From positions 1-45,797 of IMG/VR virus record IMGVR_UViG_3300012202_000003: a DNA stretch of 45,797 bases, one strand, 5' to 3'. Position numbers and translations under genes: made by a program. Positions 41,123 through 45,797 of this stretch are shown piece by piece. Position 1 is the stretch's first letter; each line of letters starts with the position of its first letter. Source of the DNA: a virus. The notes below the pieces were generated by a model. It saw nothing but the letters and a program-made list of their open reading frames with translations. It was not told the DNA's origin and made no database searches.

Positions 41123-43561
41123 TTAGGCAATGTAAGAAATCCTAACCAACCCAGAATGGCCTTTTGTCGATTTGGTAATAGGAGTATCCGTGCCTGTGTA
41201 AATAGGGTTGAACCTTCCCAACCCCGTCCCTCCCCCACCATAGGCTAGACCAGAGTTAGGGGCACTTGTCGTGAATGGGTTTACCAACCCTGACAACTGC
41301 CAACCATAACCAGCAAGGGCACCAACTCCATTTCCTAAAGGATTAGGGTCGACATAGTTAGGAGAGGCAAATGCGGGGTAGACAAAGCTTGATCCTCCAT
41401 TAAAAGAAGAAGCTTCTGCTGCGTTACCAATTGCTGAGGGGGTTGCCCCAGCGCCAGATTCAACATCCACACTCAAACCTGTTACCCCGTCAATTACTGT
41501 AACATGAGCAGCCGTAAAGCCTGTGAAGCCTTTTGACGTTCCGTTATCTGTTGTCTTTGAGTTCTCATTTAAGGGTGGGATTGTGATGACCAAAGTATTT
41601 GTAGGGGCGAAAGCTGGTGTGACAAACAATATACGAATCATCTTCCCCGCCCCACCACCAAAGTTCGTAATTGTTGGCCCAGGCCATGTGATAGTTCCGC
41701 CCCCTCCACCACCAGGAGAGACTACTGTCACCACAAAACGTGTTACTGTAACGGGCTGAACCCATATCCCACTTGAAGTAAAGTCTTTGTTGATAACAGC
41801 CCCTCGCTTACCTAATCCTGTTGGATCAAGCATACGAGGTATAAGAGCTACTAGGTCGTTGAGGTCTTCATCACCTGTCATGCCACTTGTAGCATCTGGA
41901 CCGTCAGAGAGAGTAAAGGTCTGATTAGGAAGGCCATCATAACCTGCTCCAAAGAATAAAGGACTAAAAAGATCGCTTGAATAAGCCGTCTGTATCCCAG
42001 CAGTCAAGCTCACCCACCGAAAGCGATACCGGAAAATCTTCCCCTGCACCTTTGCAAACGTGAGTCTTTTGTTGGGCAAACTTGGCGTCCACGTTCCCAC
42101 CACCTTGTAAACAACAGGTTGGTCGAAGAAATCCCTCGTCGCGATCGACACCTCGATCCCATCGCCTGAAGTGTAACTTCCATCCAACACCATCGAATCT
42201 TGTTCCTTCACTGTTTGGAGAGAACCATCAAAAAAGTCGCGGGTTTCAAGGGTTGGTGCTTCTTGAGCGAGCAAAGTCGACGTGTCGTCGGTTAGAAGCT
42301 CTTCGCGAAGCACCAAGCCCAAACTTGAGCCAAACAACCGGCCGCTGTTCGATATGCTAGTGTTTGAAAGCTCATCCACCTTTCCAACCAAAGAATCACA
42401 CTGCGTCCCCACAAGCTCGTCGCAAGTGCGTGCCCTCGAGGTTTGCCCTCCAATGCAGCGCACATCCTCAACCGAAGCCGAATACCATGACCGTGTCCTC
42501 CAGTTAAAGACCACCTGCTTATCGTATCGCCCTATAGAGGCAGTCGAGCAGAAAACCCACCCAACCTCATACCTCTCCGGCCTTGTATAGGCCCACGTCA
42601 TCTGCAAAAGGTCGAAGTTTGTCGAGACCGTATTGCGAAAGTAAGAAATTATATGCGTTCCAATAGACTGCGGAGCCTGCCCATCGAACATATAGAAATC
42701 CTGCTCGACCACGTCGAAGAAAAAGTGCATGTTCTTATGAGACGCCAACCCATACATCAACCCATTTCCCACATCGGTGAAGATTGGCGCACCCGCACCA
42801 AAGCGCATCACCTTCGGTAGCCCGACATAGACTGCGCAGACGATAGCACTTGGGGTATAACACACTAAAAAGTCCCCAAGCCGACGGACCCCCGTAACTC
42901 CGACCAATGGCAAATCGGTCCGGCACCACTCTTCAATGTCGAAACTATCAGTTTCGTTTGCCACGGAAGGTGTGTGGGAAGATGGATCATAAAGACCTCC
43001 CCAATGAATTCGTGTTGGTCGGACTTCTCCTTGATAGTTGGTCCATCCAAAAACAAGGTGGTCGAAGAAGGAGTCCAAGTAACGAGCGGCGGGCACGGCT
43101 GTTGCATAGCGACGCACCCGGGTTCCTTCGGTAAAGGCGAGAGAGTTGAATTCATTCGTGAACCATAGTTGGTTGTTATACACCACCGTCGCCCATCGTC
43201 GATGCATACCGGGCACCGTGATGAACTCAGCATCGCTTCCCTGAAAAGGGAGGAATTTCGACAGCGAAGGTGTGTCAACGTTGACCTGAAAAGCATGCCT
43301 TGAAGATAGTCCCACCACAAGACTCCGATCCTTCGTCCCTGTCGGAAGGTTCACCAACGTCTGAAGCGCGTAAGGGTAATTGATCACTCCTCCCACTCGA
43401 CCCACGATCTTCTTCCGCAATACCTGAGAAACCTGCGTATTCGTTGAGGAGATGTTATGTGACACGGTCCATTTGCTTTCATCCACAAGATGCGCCCTTG
43501 AGGTCGAGTCGACTCCTCCCACGCCCGAAATGTGCGAAACCGGATGACGTGTTGTGGCCAT
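41123..43561 (-). CDS. Large tail protein (812 aa) with a C-terminal glycine-rich domain
   Basis: Size and position are comparable to podoviral tail tubular/nozzle proteins. C-terminal SPGGGGGGTITWPG...FGGGAGK...AYGGGGTGLG...GHSGLVRISY. Confidence 0.55.
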   Translation of the reverse strand: MATTRHPVSHISGVGGVDSTSRAHLVDESKWTVSHNISSTNTQVSQVLRKKIVGRVGGVINYPYALQTLVNLPTGTKDRSLVVGLSSRHAFQVNVDTPSLSKFLPFQGSDAEFITVPGMHRRWATVVYNNQLWFTNEFNSLAFTEGTRVRRYATAVPAARYLDSFFDHLVFGWTNYQGEVRPTRIHWGGLYDPSSHTPSVANETDSFDIEEWCRTDLPLVGVTGVRRLGDFLVCYTPSAIVCAVYVGLPKVMRFGAGAPIFTDVGNGLMYGLASHKNMHFFFDVVEQDFYMFDGQAPQSIGTHIISYFRNTVSTNFDLLQMTWAYTRPERYEVGWVFCSTASIGRYDKQVVFNWRTRSWYSASVEDVRCIGGQTSRARTCDELVGTQCDSLVGKVDELSNTSISNSGRLFGSSLGLVLREELLTDDTSTLLAQEAPTLETRDFFDGSLQTVKEQDSMVLDGSYTSGDGIEVSIATRDFFDQPVVYKVVGTWTPSLPNKRLTFAKVQGKIFRYRFRWVSLTAGIQTAYSSDLFSPLFFGAGYDGLPNQTFTLSDGPDATSGMTGDEDLNDLVALIPRMLDPTGLGKRGAVINKDFTSSGIWVQPVTVTRFVVTVVSPGGGGGGTITWPGPTITNFGGGAGKMIRILFVTPAFAPTNTLVITIPPLNENSKTTDNGTSKGFTGFTAAHVTVIDGVTGLSVDVESGAGATPSAIGNAAEASSFNGGSSFVYPAFASPNYVDPNPLGNGVGALAGYGWQLSGLVNPFTTSAPNSGLAYGGGGTGLGRFNPIYTGTDTPITKSTKGHSGLVRISYIA

Positions 43562-44799
43562 TAAACTGTGGTGTTAGCTACTGACACAGTTGAGATTAGT
43601 TGTTGAATTGTGAAGAGGGTGAAATAATCCGTGAAGACTTGCCCAAGCGGGCCGTAATTGGAGGTTAAACCTAACCCCCCGGTAATAGCAGCTTCTATAA
43701 TATGACGTATATATATTGTTCCAGGATTGGCAACTGTGACATTAACGAAGCTTAAAATGTCCTCGATTAAACTAAGAGTCGTTGCGTATTGACCCCCACC
43801 AGTGGTGTAAGAAAAAGAAGAAGTGCCCATTGTGATGTTACTCTTCGTTCCTGTTGGATCAAGCTTCGCTTCCATATAGGCACGGTGGCGATTTGAACCC
43901 GTTGCAGGAACGCGAACCTGGATACGGTAAATTCCAGCTTGTGTGATTTGAATAACCCCATCCGTTCCCGGAGTTCTCAAAAAGGTCGACCCCGACGCAG
44001 AACCAACAAATTGCCATGCACCGTTGATTCCACGAGTATTTTCTGCTGGACGTGCAACGGAGGAAGCAGGCACGAGAGTTTCAGCAAGGATAGCTGTGGA
44101 AGCAAGACCACTCACTCCTGCTAGGTTAAAGAAGGTGTTACCATTCTGATCTACCCCAATAACACCTGTTAAGGTCTTCGCCACAGCAGAATCCGCAAGG
44201 TTGTTATCAGTGTTTCCTCCTACGAAGATTTGTCCCGCTTTGCATGTTGGAAGAGACCGAGGTTGGATTGTATGGTCCCCGATGTCATTCCCAACCACAG
44301 CTTTGCTAGCAAACTTCCCCGCCGGGATCGAAAGCGGCCCCAACTTATTCGCCGTCACCGACCCATCAGCAAGGTTCGCTTCTGCCACTGCCGCAGATGC
44401 GAGCTTTATCGAGGTCACCGCTCCATCACCTAAAGCCGCTGTCGTCACCGCCTTCGTAGCAATCTTTGCCGTCGAAATAGCACCATCTGCAATCTTCGTG
44501 GTTATGGCCGCGCCATCTCGAAGGTCGATGTCCGAAATCGTTCCCTGTGCCACCTCTCGTTGAACTCCCTGATTTGCGTCCGATCCCCGGATGCTACCCA
44601 CAAGGGAGGAAGTATCAAAGGCGGAAAGTTTAAGCTTGTTCGTCCCCGTATCATAGGACTGCGATAGAAAGTCATAAATCCACCGACGCGTCTGTCTTAA
44701 GGCATCATCGAGCATCGCGGCATCTTCCGTCGGAGACGGGTCAGCCATCGTTGCTTGAAGGGCAGAAAGGGTGGCAGAAAGAGTAGGGTAAGTTGCCAT
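43561..44799 (-). CDS. Tail fiber-like protein (412 aa)
   Basis: Repeats of the type IADGAISTAKIATKAVTTAALGDGAVTSIKLASAAVAEANLADGSVTANKL. Confidence 0.6.
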   Translation of the reverse strand: MATYPTLSATLSALQATMADPSPTEDAAMLDDALRQTRRWIYDFLSQSYDTGTNKLKLSAFDTSSLVGSIRGSDANQGVQREVAQGTISDIDLRDGAAITTKIADGAISTAKIATKAVTTAALGDGAVTSIKLASAAVAEANLADGSVTANKLGPLSIPAGKFASKAVVGNDIGDHTIQPRSLPTCKAGQIFVGGNTDNNLADSAVAKTLTGVIGVDQNGNTFFNLAGVSGLASTAILAETLVPASSVARPAENTRGINGAWQFVGSASGSTFLRTPGTDGVIQITQAGIYRIQVRVPATGSNRHRAYMEAKLDPTGTKSNITMGTSSFSYTTGGGQYATTLSLIEDILSFVNVTVANPGTIYIRHIIEAAITGGLGLTSNYGPLGQVFTDYFTLFTIQQLISTVSVANTTV

Positions 44800-44802
44800 A
44801 GG

Positions 44803-45168
44803 TTAAAGAGGTTCACCAATCAAAATACATTGGACTGGGGTCTGAAACCCAAGAAAAAACGCTGAAGACCCACTGATAGTAAAAGAGAGGTAAAGGTATT
44901 GCCCGTCTTCCTTGAGAATAAACACATACCGTGGAGTTGCTGCTCCTGGTGGCCAGACCGGAGAAACACTAGCCCATACATTGAGGGGCACAACCACCCG
45001 TCGAAAGCCCAAAGCCACGACGTTGATGTTGGGATCCCAAGTATCTCCACCACCTGGGGAGGTTGGGATGTAAGCCTTTCGCATGACCAAGCTTTGTCCT
45101 TTTGGACCAGCCAGGTTAAATTCCTCAAGTATTTGAACATAGGCTCTTGTTAGAGATTGAACAGCCAT
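44803..45168 (-). CDS. Hypothetical virion protein (121 aa)
   Basis: ORF is tightly packed between the adaptor-like gene and the fiber gene. Confidence 0.5.
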   Translation of the reverse strand: MAVQSLTRAYVQILEEFNLAGPKGQSLVMRKAYIPTSPGGGDTWDPNINVVALGFRRVVVPLNVWASVSPVWPPGAATPRYVFILKEDGQYLYLSFTISGSSAFFLGFQTPVQCILIGEPL

Positions 45169-45797
45169 TAGTCAAGGGAAGCGTCATCTGTCGATGAGGC
45201 AATGTAGGTGGCATTCCATTGCACCACGTTGGTCCATGTATCATCCAACATCTTCGACGTGATCGCCACCCTTTGGTCTTCTTTTAGGAAGAAGTTCAAA
45301 TAATAGAGGGTGCGAAAGATCATATACTCGAAAGCAAAGTCGAACAAGAAGCTTCCATCTATAAGCTGGACGAAGTCGGGAAGCCATTGGAGGATGTCGA
45401 AGAAGAGCGTCACGTTCCCAGAGCCAAGCTGCGTCGTGTCGGCAGGGAATATCTGCACGGTCGTGCCGACCTGAATCACCACGAAGGGGAAGGGAGCGAA
45501 GCTTGTGATCACATCTGTCACAGAGGCAAGGCTGCTCAAGCCAGAGAAGCGTCGTTTGATACGCTGAACATAAACGTCGCGGGAAATTAACTCGACCGGA
45601 ATTGGAAGAGTTCCAACCGACAGAAAAGCCCTCTTCAGGCTCTTAGGAAGAACCGGCGTTGTAGTCCCATAAATAGTCATCCCCGAAACGTCCCCACCAT
45701 TAAGCACGCTAATAACAAGCTGTGTCGAGACCTTCGCAGCCTCAAAGTCGACCGCTCGTTGGGCAGCATCCTTTGCGAGGTTGATCGCGAGGAGAAG
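45168..45797 (-). CDS. C-terminal part of the 239-aa adaptor-like gene that wraps to 213..1
   Basis: The frame is open from 45168 to the window end. The track start at 45707 is only an internal GTG. Confidence 0.7.
   Translation of the reverse strand, partial: LLLAINLAKDAAQRAVDFEAAKVSTQLVISVLNGGDVSGMTIYGTTTPVLPKSLKRAFLSVGTLPIPVELISRDVYVQRIKRRFSGLSSLASVTDVITSFAPFPFVVIQVGTTVQIFPADTTQLGSGNVTLFFDILQWLPDFVQLIDGSFLFDFAFEYMIFRTLYYLNFFLKEDQRVAITSKMLDDTWTNVVQWNATYIASSTDDASLD
45675..45797. repeat. Right copy of the exact 123-bp terminal direct repeat
   Basis: Identical to 1..123. Confidence 0.95.

Noticed and set aside
1-45797. tRNA genes, CRISPR arrays, integrase/repressor genes and a phage RNA polymerase
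   Set aside because: I scanned the noncoding gaps for T-loop/acceptor patterns and for regularly spaced repeats, and the ORF set for integrase, CI-like and single-subunit RNAP signatures. None were found by eye. tRNAscan-SE and profile searches would be needed for a firm negative.

Overview
The window is a complete, circularly closed dsDNA phage genome. Bases 1-123 are identical to 45675-45797, so the unique length is 45,674 bp. One virion gene runs across the linearisation point.

Layout:
- A plus-strand early/replication arm runs 13.9-31.05 kb.
- A minus-strand arm runs from 13.6 kb down through position 1, wraps around, and continues 45.7 -> 30.97 kb.
- The arms diverge at about 13.65-13.89 kb and converge with an 89-bp gene overlap at about 31.0 kb.

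The minus arm has a T7-like podovirus gene order:
- HTH/small-terminase-like protein, three paralogous beta-rich proteins, TerL, and a TM coiled-coil plus lipoprotein pair.
- Portal, scaffold and major capsid protein.
- After the wrap-around: an adaptor-like protein, tail fiber, an 812-aa tail protein, internal-virion proteins and a 2169-aa giant protein.

The plus arm encodes:
- Many small unknown early proteins.
- A recombination module: Cas4-like PD-(D/E)XK exonuclease, Sak4-like ATPase and a DUF669-like SSB.
- Two all-alpha NTP-pyrophosphatase-type proteins (DUF1599-like and MazG).
- An HTH / PLD-nuclease / ParB-methyltransferase / DxD-protein cassette.
- A family-A DNA polymerase with an N-terminal UDG-like domain, an HNH-AP2 homing endonuclease and an SF3-type P-loop helicase.

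I did not recognise any RNA polymerase, integrase, repressor, primase, endolysin, tRNA or CRISPR array.

Most notable unexplained signals:
1. A 25-nt dyad-symmetric motif, GTKMRGGKYAATAATTRMCCYKMAC, occurs six times. It is always intergenic and always oriented with the downstream gene. It usually fills the whole gap between a stop codon and the next start codon.
2. A roughly 0.6-0.8 kb ORF-free region (15966-16745) is densely stem-looped and sits inside an otherwise ATGA-coupled gene array.
3. A C-terminal peptide (D/N)(R/K)YLxL is shared by four otherwise unrelated early/replication proteins.
4. A gene-poor, repeat-rich control region spans 11.7-13.9 kb.
5. The 2169-aa virion protein is polyvalent-like and carries an HExxH motif.

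All functional calls come from reading motifs by eye. No database search was run.
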